From Adineta vaga (lineage: Eukaryota > Animalia > Rotifera): DNA of 64,000 nt. Location: NCBI GenBank assembly GCA_021613535.1, contig CP075495.1:2914001-2978000 (forward strand), in the 5' to 3' direction. Positions 38,651 through 51,671 of the stretch are shown in pieces (position 1 is the first letter of the stretch; every line of letters begins with the position of its first letter). The notes under the pieces were generated by a model, which saw only the letters and a list, made by a program, of their open reading frames with translations, had not been told where the DNA came from and did no database searches. The translations under genes were made by a program, and so were the position numbers.

Positions 38651-39138
38651 TGTATATTATCTTTGAAATCTATCTTCACCATAGTACTGTGATGTCAGTT
38701 TCAGCAAAACTATAGTTTTTACTAAACAAAAATTAACACGCAATTTATCTAATTACACAAATAATGGATATACAACGTGTCATTGAATATATTTACGTCA
38801 ATTTTCTGTCTGCTAAATGTTGTTTAAAAGTACTTTATCTGAACAAAATTCAACTGCTATTTCAATATTATAATGTTTGAATGCATCATCATCATATGAA
38901 CTTCAAGAAAAATGTGACGATAATTATCACATGGTAATAGCTGACTTCCCACGTATGATCAATTATTTATATATAAATAACATTTTTTTAAATATAACAA
39001 CGGCATTTAAGTTCTATACTACAATGATATTTTCTTCGAAAACATTTTTTTTCCTCTCACTTCAATACACTTTAATGAACATTTAATAGAAAAGAGAAAA
39101 CTTCAAAATAAAACACTTGTCATTCATTTTCTTTTGAA

Positions 39139-40134
39139 ATGAAAGAAAAACTTTCCGATGACAATAAAATATTCTGGACAAAACAAATCAATGATAGATC
39201 ATTTGAAATTGCTGAATTGATTCTTGGTGGAATTATTCCTATTCTTCTTATCTTTATTGGTACAATTAGTAATCTTCTTTGTATTTTTTGTTTACTATGT
39301 CGTAAACATCGACGAATACGTTCAACATATATTTATCTCATATTTCTTTTCCTAGCAGATACATTTTCACTCTATCAATGGAATTTAAATGATATCTTCA
39401 TGCAATTTAATAATGGAACACAACTAACTAATAAATCATTATTTCTTTGTCATAGTATTGCTTTTCTTAGTTTTTACACTTTACATTTATCTGCTCTTTT
39501 TCTTACACTTGTTTCAATCGATCGAACTTTACTTCTTTGGTCACGCTATTATCGAATACATATGACAAAACGTTGTCATGCATTGATTATATCTCTGATA
39601 GTACTGATCGCATTATTTATATTAGATGGATTTTTATTATCATTGGGTATTCGAGAAAAAGATACAAATGAAATTCAATGCTACTATTCATTTAATCTAA
39701 ACTTAATGGTTTTTTATCAAACAGTCTATCCATGGATACATTTCGTTGTTATGTATATCATTCCATTTCTTATTATGATTATTGGTATAATATTAATTAT
39801 TATTAAATTATATAATCATCGACTTAGTACAAGATTTAGTCATCAAAAACGACGTTCATGTATAATGTTAATTGCCATGTGTATTGTATATATGATTTTA
39901 ACATTACCAAATCGATTATGTTTTTCAATATTTTATTCACGTCTTTTAAATCATTCGTATACAGATACAATTCTACTTGGAAGTAATGCTTTATTATATA
40001 CACGTAATGCTACGAATATTATTTTTCTTTATCTAAGTAGTACAACATTTCGTAAGCAATTAACAAAATTCTATTGTTGTTTGAATTGTCAACGGCAACA
40101 TCGTATTGTACCCATACAACAAATTCAATATTGA
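39139..40134 (+). CDS. Class A (rhodopsin-like) peptide-receptor-type GPCR, intronless
   Basis: 7 hydrophobic segments; GTISN, LFLAD, SIDR (DRY variant), YIIPF, LTLP, TM7 NIIFLY. Confidence 0.9.
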   Translation: MKEKLSDDNKIFWTKQINDRSFEIAELILGGIIPILLIFIGTISNLLCIFCLLCRKHRRIRSTYIYLIFLFLADTFSLYQWNLNDIFMQFNNGTQLTNKSLFLCHSIAFLSFYTLHLSALFLTLVSIDRTLLLWSRYYRIHMTKRCHALIISLIVLIALFILDGFLLSLGIREKDTNEIQCYYSFNLNLMVFYQTVYPWIHFVVMYIIPFLIMIIGIILIIIKLYNHRLSTRFSHQKRRSCIMLIAMCIVYMILTLPNRLCFSIFYSRLLNHSYTDTILLGSNALLYTRNATNIIFLYLSSTTFRKQLTKFYCCLNCQRQHRIVPIQQIQY

Positions 40135-40644
40135 ACGAAAATTGAACATCAATGAACTACTTGCATTTTAAATGTTACATTGAAACAATAACCGACAAAG
40201 CTAGCAGACATACTTAACATCACTCTATCCTCTTAGTTTGTCTTACTCAAAGGATAGTACAAAACAGCTTTCTCTCTTTCTTACAATTTCATATGCTGAT
40301 GTATCGAACGACATATTCCTATTCAATACACTCAATTAAATTGAATTTATCTTAAATTCATTCATGCAAATAATTTCACTCGTTTTATTGATATTATACA
40401 CGCACATATGTTTCTTTTTTATGAGTTCAAATTGAATAGAAAAAACTTGAAATTTGTTTATACTTGATCAACCTTTCCCAAAAGAAAAGAAAAAAAACAG
40501 AACATTTATTTTTCTCGATTGTTATCACGCAAAGCACCGCATAAAAGGAAACATTAAGAACAATAATAATAATAATGATGATAGTTATTAAATGAACAAT
40601 AGAAAACAAGATACTTTGCTATTGTATTATTTTTCTTTCACATT

Positions 40645-41569
40645 TTACAATGTATCATAAACATCATCTTCCTTACGACGAAAGAGAAGAATAGCGATTA
40701 CAAGAGCAAGAATTTCGATAACAAGAACAATAACACCTCCAATAATAACATTATTTTTATATGAAGATAAGATATCAATTAAACGATCATAGCAGCCTTG
40801 TGTATAAGCAGTATTACCTGTTGTTGCACATGTATTTGCTGAAACAAAATTTGTTGGTAATTGTGTCCAACTTTTTTTTTCATTTGATGGACAACATGTA
40901 AATGGGACAACTAATGGAGCAGTTTCTTGATATGGATTTCGTCGACTCCAATTTGCTGCTCGTAAAAAATCACTTTTATTCACTGCTCCACAACATTGTA
41001 AATTGAATTGAGCGAAATCCCATGAAAGTGATGCCGAATTGACAACAGTATTGTTATTTTCAGGTATGCCAACATAGTAAGCTGCAATAGAATCTTGAAG
41101 TTTAGTAACAAGTTGTGTTCGAAATCGATTTTGATAGACAAAAAAGATGACAACAATAGCAATTTCAGCAAGAATAATAAGACCAATAACTAAAGCATAG
41201 AGAACATGTAAGAATCGAAAACCTTTGATTGCTCCACAACAACCTAAAATAATAAAAATGAATTCATTTATTATATCAGTTCTTTATTTGTTGCTTACCA
41301 AGAAATCCAATGACTAATAAAACACCACCAATTGCAATGATTCCAATGGCAAATACTTCAACACTTGATAAACCTTGTGAATAAGTTGCAGTTATTTCTG
41401 GATTTAATAATGGACGAAGTTGTTGCATTTTAGGATCTTTAACAACAAAAACTCCGACAGCAAGTAAAATTATGCCAATCAGAATAAAAGTTAAATTAAG
41501 AAGAACAATAAGAAATCGAATAAGCTTCATACTCAGCGACATACTACCATGACCATGTCCCGATGCCAT
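40645..41569 (-). CDS. Tetraspanin (2 exons)
   Basis: 4 TM segments, GFLGCCGA, LQCCG, VPFTCC, GC motif. Confidence 0.92.
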
Positions 41570-42725
41570 TGTTAATTGTGAATAAAATATGATCGATCAC
41601 GCTCTAAAGAGAAAAAGACAGACCGTCTGATTATTATATATTGAGTATATGTCTATGTGCCCGTTTGATCGAACGAAGATTATATTATGAATTGAAAATG
41701 AGGGACAATATATTTTTTCTCTTCTTTCTTCTCCTCTGTTTCTTTTCAAAAACTTCTCATCGTTCTCGTCAATTACATTAAACGTGTTGAAATATAATGG
41801 CCAATATGTTGACATCGGTCATAAGCATTAATTCATCTCTCTCTCTCTCGCATTTTATTACTGTATACATAGGATTGAAGCGTCATTTTTACATCTGATG
41901 CCATATAGATCTATGACTGCGTGGGTTCGAACATTTGTAATAAGTAAAAAGAAGAACAGAACAGAACAGAATAAATATATATATATAATAGGTTGATACT
42001 CATTCTAAACGCTGATGACGATGATTAGAAGAATGTGAACTTCGATGACATTTGAGAATTTATAGAAAATGTTAATTATATAACTATTTATTTATGTATG
42101 TGACTATAAAATGTATCATTGTCTTTTAATGTTAAAATACGATTATGCATTATTAAACTAAGCTGGTTACATCAGATAGTATTTAAGAAGTTTTTTCTTC
42201 TTCTTCTGCTTTTATTGATTCGAATGAACTTATATAGAACATACAAATATTATGAAACATAACAAAAACTAAATCATTGGCTTCTTTTTCGTATTTTTAA
42301 GATATAAGTACTTATGACGATCAAAATCGATTGATTGTTGAATAACATACTTATCTAAGTAGTTCTTTATCTGTACAGAACATCGATGTATGTCACGTCA
42401 TAGATCAAATAGGTTCAAAACAAATCTATCTATTTATATAAAATACAAATTTAGTACTTTGCCGATAATTCTGATATCATTCATATACACATACTATTTA
42501 CATAACATTTATTTCAATATTCTAAAGTAAAGCGATATACAAGGTCTATTTGAATAACTATGCATATCAAAGTATTTGCGATAAACCTTTTTTTTCTCGA
42601 AAGATAATCGTGGATCATCATCGACATTCTTGTTTTCAAACATATTTTCATTCAAAAATGAGAAAAGAAAAGCAACAAATAAGGACGATTTCATCAGTGA
42701 CAAAAAATAAGTCTAATTTGTCTCT

Positions 42726-43959
42726 TCAAAGCAGTTTGAGCAGTTTTAGTAATTGATCATTGACATTTTCATTATCATAATACAATACAATTGTTGGACG
42801 ATCCGATGAATCAACTCGTGTAACGATAGCTTCATATCGATCTTTATCTATATAAAAGAAAAATACATATATCATCAAGTCTTAGAAATATATGGAGATG
42901 AATATACATAAAAGTTCAAAACATTCAGTGTGCACTGCATCAGACAGTGAACTAGTGGACATCGTTGTTGGTAAACCAGACAGTGAACATTCGATACAAC
43001 AAGGTGGAGATATTCGAAATCAAAAATAAATATTCAAAAATAAGGTAAAGAGAATAGATTTCTGTATAACTCACCTATCTGGTAAACGACGAATATCTAT
43101 CGAAGAGATAAAAGTTGAATGATAGAATGAAAAATAAAAATATTTTACTATTTTTTGAACATATGATTGTAGCACCTGAATCGATGCAGAAAACATCGAT
43201 ATTTGTACTAGTTGAATTTAAACAACGCCCACGAAACCATTTTGTTTCATGATTTAAAGCAACAAGATCATTTTCTTTTGGTCTGTAGATCAAATTCATT
43301 TTCACAATCCTGATCATAGTTTTAATCAACTTACTCAAAATTTATATTTAACGGTTGAATTAATTCTTCACAGCTATTCATTTCTTGAAATAATTTCGTT
43401 GCTCGATGATAATCATCTCCAAACATAATATAAATACTTGAATATGATTCAACATGACAAACAAAAACATTTAGAAGATGTTGACCAACAACTAAATTTG
43501 TCATTCGTATTGATAGTGGTGTATCGCGAATAGATGATAATCGATTCGATATTCGTATCGGTTTTGGTACAGGAGATACATTGGAATTTTCGACAAGATG
43601 TTTCGTTTGTTTATTATATTTACGATCAATTGCAGTTTGTTCAGCATCTATATCAATATAAACATGACGAAATTGTTAAGTAAATGCGTTCAGTATTATT
43701 TACTTGTTAACATAAAATTTCCAACAAATTCTTCAGCACGAATGTCACCAACACCTGCTTTTGGTTTCCAGGATGGTTTGGTTGTTACTGATGGAGATAA
43801 TGAAGTGATCGCTTGTTCATATTCAGTAGAATTATCAATGGATACCGATGTTGATGAGAGCGAGTTTACTGCAGTAAAACGATGTTGTTTATCAATCGCA
43901 TCATCCGAAATATGTACTTGCATATTAGACCAATTTAATCGACCACGACGAGAACTCAT
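42726..43959 (-). CDS. Single extended-Tudor-domain protein (multi-exon; one non-canonical acceptor)
   Basis: PKENDLVALNHETKWFRGRC..DVFCIDSG..IRRLPDRFRISPPCCIECSLSGL follows the Tudor-SN-type pattern. Confidence 0.75.
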
Positions 43960-44482
43960 CGTAAAAAAAATTATCCAATCGATCGATTTCTGTTATTTAT
44001 GTGTGTATACGTACGTACATACGCATATATTTAATTGATGAATGAATGAGAAGAAGAGATAAAAAAACTATACAAAGTGGGTATTTCACATCATCATCAG
44101 CTATGACAGCGCTTTGAAAATCCAGGTTAATAGTATTAAAAGAACACTTCACTATTTTCAGATATACTCTTCAGAGAAGAGAAGACTTTTGAGTTCAAAA
44201 TAAATGTAAGATTTATCTTTTCATTTCATTGATTCCGGCGACATCTAATGTAAAAATACATGGAAGAAAAGTTTTGATGATGTTCGTATTTGTGCTGATT
44301 GTATTCTCTAGGTACGTACATATAAATATTCAGTTATAAAAACACACCTGCTTCTTCATCCTTTTTCTTACAGATTCAAATAGCAAAACACAACGATTCA
44401 GATAAGAAAAAAGAGAAAAAAACAGGGCACCTTTTTGTTATCACAGTTAAAGTATACTTGAATATTTGTAATAGTCATAGGC

Positions 44483-46760
44483 ATGGCTAGCGAACGTGTA
44501 AGAGTTGGTGGATTGCAAATTTCTAAAATTCTATTCAATTTCGTCAATCAAGAAGTTGTTCCTGGTACAAATATAAATACTTTCTCATTTTGGACGGGTG
44601 TACAAGCAATTCTGAATGAATTTGGACCCGAGAATCGTGCTCTTCTACAAAAACGAGATGATTTACAAACAAAAATCGATCAATGGCATCGAACACATCA
44701 AGGACAACATAATAATATAGCAACTTATAAATCATTTCTGTTTGATATTGGTTATTTATGTCCACGAACCGGTGCTGATAATTTTCAAATCAGTACAAGT
44801 AATGTTGATGAGGAAATTGCTATGCAAGCTGGTCCACAATTAGTCGTACCGTTAATGAATGCTCGATTTACATTGAATGCAGCAAATGCTCGTTGGGGTT
44901 CACTCTATGATGCTTTATATGGAACGGATGTAATTCCTGAAACGAATGGTTGTGAAAAAACAACAAAATATAATAAAAAACGAGGTGATCGAGTTATTGC
45001 ATTTACACGAAAATTTCTCGATGAAGCTGTTCCATTATCAAATGGTTTATCACATGTAAATGCAAAGAAATATAGTGTTGAAGATGGAGCATTGAAAGTA
45101 AGTTTTATTTCCATAATCACAATTTGAGTTATTCAGTCTTGAATAGGTCACTCTATTAAATGGAACAATTGGTAGATTACAAGATTCAGCTCAATTTCTT
45201 GGTTATCAAGGTCATGCTGATATGCCTAGTGCTATTCTTCTTCTTCATAATGGTCTTCATATTGAAATTCAAATTGATCCACCACGTAGTCGAAATGATC
45301 CTGCAGGAATTAAAGATGTTATTATTGAATCGGCTCTAACTACCATTGTTGATTGTGAAGATTCAGTAGCAGCAGTTGATGCAGATGATAAAGTTGAGAT
45401 CTATCGAAATTGGCTTGGATTAATGAAAGGTACTTTAGAAGCACGATTTAGTAAAGGAAAAGAAACAGTAACAAGAAAATTGAATCCAAATCGAATATAT
45501 ACTTCAAAAATGGGTACAACTTTGAATTTACATGGTCGATCACTACTTTTCATTCGTCATGTTGGTCATTTATTATATACGAATGCTATACTTGATAAAG
45601 ATAATCATGAAATTCCTGAAGGTATTCTTGATGTTGTTATTACAACTTTAATTGCATTACATGATCTTAAGAATACAACAACACAAGATATTAAAAATAG
45701 TCGTACAGGTTCGATTTATATTGTTAAACCAAAACAGCATGGTCCAGAAGAAGTCGCATTTACATCACGACTTTTTTCACGTGTAGAAGATCTTCTTAAA
45801 CTACCAAGATTTACACTTAAAATGGGTGTCATGGATGAAGAACGTCGAACAACATTGAATCTAAGTGCATGTATTCGTGAAGCAAAAGATCGACTTGTTT
45901 TTATCAACACTGGATTTCTTGATAGAACTGGTGATGAAATTCATACATCGATGGAGGCTGGTCCATTCGTACCGAAAGCACAAATGAAAGAAGCAAAATG
46001 GTTATCTTCGTATGAAAAGAACAATGTTGAACTTGGTTTACGACATAGTCTTCCAGGAAAAGCACAAATTGGTAAAGGTATGTGGGCAATGCCGGATATG
46101 ATGGCAGCAATGATTCAACAGAAAATTGGTCATCCAAAAGCAGGAGCTACTTGTGCATGGGTACCCTCACCAACCGCGGCTACTCTTCATGCATTACATT
46201 ATCATCAAGTTGATGTTTTCGCTCGTCAAATTGATATAGCTACTTCATCTTCTTTAACCAATGATTATCTCGATGATCTATTAACAATTCCCATTCTAAC
46301 AAGAAAACTTTCTGTCGAAGAAATTCAACGTGAATTAGATAATAATGCTCAAAGTATACTTGGTTATGTTGTTCGTTGGATTGATCAAGGTATTGGTTGT
46401 TCCAAAGTACCTGATATTGATAATATTGGATTGATGGAAGATCGAGCAACATTACGTATATCAAGTCAATTAATTGCAAATTGGTTAAGACATGGATTAG
46501 TTACTAAACAACAAATCATCGAAACATTTGAACGGATGGCAAAAATTGTTGATCAACAAAATATTGGTAGTGCTGATTATCAACCCATGGCATTTAATTT
46601 TGATCATAATATCGCTTTTCAAGCAGCACTTGAACTTGTTCTTGATGGTGTTCAACAACCAAATGGTTATACAGAACCTATTCTTCATCGTCGACGACGT
46701 GAATTTAAAGCACAACGACAACATCAGAAAACAATCGTACCACATCGTAGTCTATTGTAA
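44483..46760 (+). CDS. glcB: Malate synthase G (bacterial type), 742 aa, one intron 45098-45146
   Basis: [105 protein letters not shown]. Confidence 0.97.
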
Positions 46761-47363
46761 CTGATAGTATTGGAATATTCATTTTATTTTTACAACATAT
46801 CGGTTTTTTTTCTTACACTTCGTTTTGATGATTTATTTTCTTAATAAAAACGACTTCACTATGAATATTTTCAAAAATAATTAACTTCTTCGAATTTTAA
46901 TGTGAATACATAAAATATATATATATATATATATAATGCACCTTGTCTTTACATAACTGATTATATGTTTTTGAGGAATTGTTTATTTTTACAAATCAAT
47001 TATTTTAGAATATAAGGTAATACAGTGAAAGTTTTTATTAAGAAAAAGAAAAAAGTATCTCCACAATCTAATCAATGGACTTTGATAAAACAGTTAAAAA
47101 TTTCTCGCCGTTTTCTATCTGTTTTTTATTTGTTGTCATTACTGATACTGAATCATCTTTATCTTTGCTTGTTATTATCAAGCGAAAACTACTTAAAATG
47201 GTTAGATGACGTTATATTAACTAGAATTTTCATATTCTTGATGTTTCTTATCACGTCATCAACCTGTTTCGAAAAGATTACATATAAATAAGAGAGCGTA
47301 CACAGTCATTTTTACGTTTTTCTTCTTTCAATATCATTTTTTCAGAATCATATACATTATAAA

Positions 47364-48197
47364 ATGGGACGAGATCTTCCGTGTGGTATTGCGTTTATGA
47401 GAGGTATATTACTTCTCTTAAATATTATATTCGTACTTTTGGGGGTTGTTCTTGTTGGACTCGGAATCTACCTAAAAGTTGATACGCATTTTGCTGCTAT
47501 ATTAGATAGACTTGCACATGTAAGCAATTTCCAAAGTCAATCATTGGGATTTTTGGCTTTCATTCTCATTGGCGGTGGAATATTCACCGTTTTAATTTCA
47601 TTATTAGGTTGTATAGGTATGTATCTTCTAATAAACTAATTTATTATCAATAATATTTCATTACTGTTTTTTATTCAAGGTACCTTACGGCATAATCGAT
47701 GTTTATTATATTCTTATGCAATTATCGTCATTGTCTTGATGATTTTGGAACTCGCTGGTTTCATCACAGCATTTGCTTATAGAAATAAACTTGAAAGTGT
47801 TTACAATGATGGTTTAACAAAGGCTTTCACCGATGCTCTCGATAACAATGATACGATAGTATTAAATGTCTTTCACGATCTTGAACATTCGTTAAAATGT
47901 TGTGGAATAAATGGTGGCAAAGATTATGATACTCATAGTTCACAAGCCGGACCAGATTGTTTTCTATATCGTAATAAAGGCTGTTCAAAGGCAATCATCG
48001 ATCTATTGGAAAAGAACTTGCCAATTATTGGAAGTAGTTTAGGTGTGCTTTTACTATTTGAATTAGTTAGTTTAATCTTCGCATTTGTATTGGCTCATGC
48101 TCTGAAAAATTCCGATGAAACAAACTTTTCTTCAAGTCCTAGTGAAGTACTCAGTGCTGTTGTACCAAATCGACGAGCTAATTATCGAAAGTTTTAA
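47364..48197 (+). CDS. Tetraspanin (2 exons)
   Basis: 4 TM segments, LLGCIG, LKCCG, KGC. Confidence 0.9.
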
Positions 48198-48538
48198 TTC
48201 ATGAACAAAACTCCTATGTTTATATGTTTAATTCTTGCTTTATATTCAATCCTGTTGTTTGTTTGGTTTTTGTTTATTCATTTCTACATTTGTATGTTAA
48301 ATAAATAATAACAAGAACAAGAAAATAAGTGTATGAACATAGTCATCAAAATAAAAAGACGAACAAGTAGTTTATAAATCACGTAAAATCATGACAGAAA
48401 TGAAAGAAAAAAAGATAACAAAGTCGATATCATAAATATAGTCAAAATTAGTGCGATAACAAGGGTGAGAAGAACAAAATCAGGACGGAGAAGCGTGTTA
48501 GTCACAAAAGAAAATCAATGAGAATAAAAGAAAGTAAA

Positions 48539-50553
48539 CTATGATTTTAGACGTTTAGTAATACCATCAAATAGTTGTTGATAAAGAATATAACGATCTT
48601 TACCAATTACAGAACTCTAAAATAATAATAAAAAAATTAAGAAATAGAATAAAAAGATTTCAATTTGATATATAATTACATACCGTGTATAGATCAAGTC
48701 CATTCATATCCGATCGGAGATTAGTCACAGGATTTCGAAAAACAAGACGACATACAACAGGTATTTCGTGACCGGATGAAGACGATTCATTCTAGAAGTG
48801 AAAATTAAGACAAAAAAAGGAGAATTTCTAGTGTTACCAGTGGTGGTAAATACATTCCCAAACTAAAACTATATTCATTGAGATCGTCAACAAAAGCTAA
48901 ATAAAGAAATTAGATGAATGATGAGAATTCTAGATAAATCTTTAATTATACTTCGAAAAACAAGATGTAAAGCTTTATAAAAATCTCTATTAAGTTCTTC
49001 ACCCATAATCATTACTTCAAGATCTTTGATTGGTGTCTAGAAAAAACAAAAAAAAAACAAATTTCCTTTGTTATTTCACAACAAAAAAGATAAACAAACG
49101 AACTAGATGAACAAGAATATGTGCTTCTCCAATCGGTATTGTTAAACCTAAAACTTGATGGATATACAAATAATCCGAAAAGTAATTATTTCCAGTATTG
49201 ATTTGTCCATATGAACGAGCACCTTGTCTTGTTCGTTCAATATTTCCATAGTAAATACCATAACCTAAACTCGCTTGAAGATGCGTATGTATTTGTGAAG
49301 CACCACTTTTCGGCATAGCATCCCAAATCATTTCTGGACATGTATACATGGGTTCAGTTGTATACGCTTTATGAAACCATTCTTTTGTTAATTCAAACAT
49401 ATCAATGATTTCATCTTCAGTTAAATGTAATGTATCATGATTACGTGAAACAATCAATGTATGCCAACGATCATATTTAAAAGTATTAGCAGCTGTATAG
49501 GAGAGTCGATGTTCAAGACGGCCAAATGAATCTTCAGCTGTTGAACTAATCAATGAAGAAACTCTCGACTTATTGATTTTATCATGCATTTCAATTTTCA
49601 CTTACTTCAGATAATTTTTTCCACAAAAATCACAATTTTTCTTGCTATCTTCCAATAATTTCCATGTACTAAAAGAAAAACATTTGATAAGAATATTTTA
49701 TTATATTATACTCAACAAACAATCTAGAGAATAAATCAAATGCATGACAAGTATATAGCATATGCAAGAAAGCATTCATCTCTGAAAACAATCATATAAT
49801 TCATTCCTACTAGCTATCCGATGAGATTTCGCTCTTAGTTTGTGGCCGTTGACTACGCATATAGTTGTATAACATTTCTTCATGTGTATATCGATTGTAT
49901 ACTTTAATAATACGCTTGAAACAAATAGATTAGATAGATTTGAGTTCTCACAGAAATTATAAGATTTTTATGGAGATCAATTCAGATCAAAGATAAAGAT
50001 TTCAAATTCCAATTACCTGTTTTCGTATTTGTTCAAGAAGTATGTCATCATTGTGTAACCATTGATTTACCTTTTTCAAATAAACTGGTGATAATTTCAA
50101 TGCTCCATAGATTTCTTCCAAACGAAATAGAGCATTAAAGGTCGTTACAAATCGTCTAAAAGAGATTATTCGATGACATATAAAAAACAAACAAACTGAA
50201 ATACCATTCAAGATACTTACTGACAATCTTTATCGTTTGATGATTGAGCATTTTTTATATAGTTCGGTAGTTTTTCTATTGCTAACGTTTGTGAAGATCG
50301 AATTTGAAAACAATGTTTTTGATACCAAGACTAAACATTAGAAACATGATTCAAGAAAATTTCGAATTCATATACAAACAGATGATCGTTCATTTGTTAA
50401 AATTTGAAAATTTTCATTTTTCGATAATCTTGAAACTGCTTTTCGTACAGTTGGATCAATTGTATAACGCAATTGGTAGAGTAGTATGATAAGAAATCCA
50501 AGAATTAAAAGTAAAAAGAATATAGACACATCTCGTCGTACTTGCATAATCAT
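48539..50553 (-). CDS. Type II membrane protein with HIT/GalT-like HxHxQ domain (multi-exon)
   Basis: N-terminal TM (SIFFLLLILGFLIILLY); CDFC, TAEDSFGR, NTFKYD, SGASQIHTHLQ. Confidence 0.7.
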
Positions 50554-51671
50554 CCTTATTGGATATAGGATCCATCGATGAATAATGTGACCGATGAAGT
50601 ACATGGAAAACTAGAAAAGAAAACCAATGAATTAGAAATATGATATAAAATTCTTCTATATCAACCAATAAGCAACAGAAATAACTAATAAACTCTAGGA
50701 ATTTTTCATACTTCAATTCATAGTTCGTATTTGTATTCTAGTTTGTAGAATGAAGAAGAAAAGAAAAGTAAGCATGCGAAAATATTTGTTGATAAACAAA
50801 CGGCAACAAACAAAACAATTGAAGTATTTTACCTGTGAAATAAGTTGGAATTAATCAATAAAAACATCGTTGTATTCATCTAGAAGAAAAAAAACGGAAT
50901 CAAATGGTTTTTTATTTTATCTGATATATATTCTTTTCATGTTACACTAAGTCCGTTTTTTTCTTATTGATCTATGAATTATATATATATATGAGATGGT
51001 AATAAATGAAAGAGAATGATGAATGGTCAGATGATAGAGAAGCGACCTCAAGATTTGAGTAGTCACTTGGATAACCAATTGATAACTGTTCCGTTTTTCT
51101 CTCTTTTTCTTCATGATTCATGCAATCCTTTTTCGGTATCGTATATCTCACTGATAAGCAGAAAAGAAAAGAAAGGAAAATGCGGTCAATGAGAACAAGA
51201 AGATGACCGGTATAAGGAAGGAAAAGAATTGTGCCATTGATTATGATCTCTATGCTTTATCTTTTCCGTATTGTTATTGTAAGATGTATATGTATATAAA
51301 TATGTATCTCAACAAATCCAAATTGCTGCAGTCCGTAATGCCGTTATTCATCGTGTCTCTTGTTTCTTCGCGTTCTTATTTTTTCTTGTCTGTCGATTTC
51401 AACGACAGAAGAAAATACGAGATAAATGCCAACAATTTTGAGTAGGCGTTCTTCTTTCAATAGATATATATATATATGTATACTAGACAGTACTTTTGTT
51501 TTTTCTTTATATGGATGTTACTTATCCAATGTATATGTATTGCTATTTCTAGAAAATAATCTTACTGAAAAACAACATTATCTTTTCAACGTAATATTCA
51601 TATTGATCAAGTGCCCTATTGACCGATAGATTAATTTGAGAATTGTTTCGGATATATATTGTGTATTAATT

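Noticed and set aside
4159-46760. Metabolic gene cluster (SORD, GH5, LMF, ACC, glcB)
   Set aside because: The genes are interspersed with unrelated genes on both strands, with no shared regulatory signal seen.
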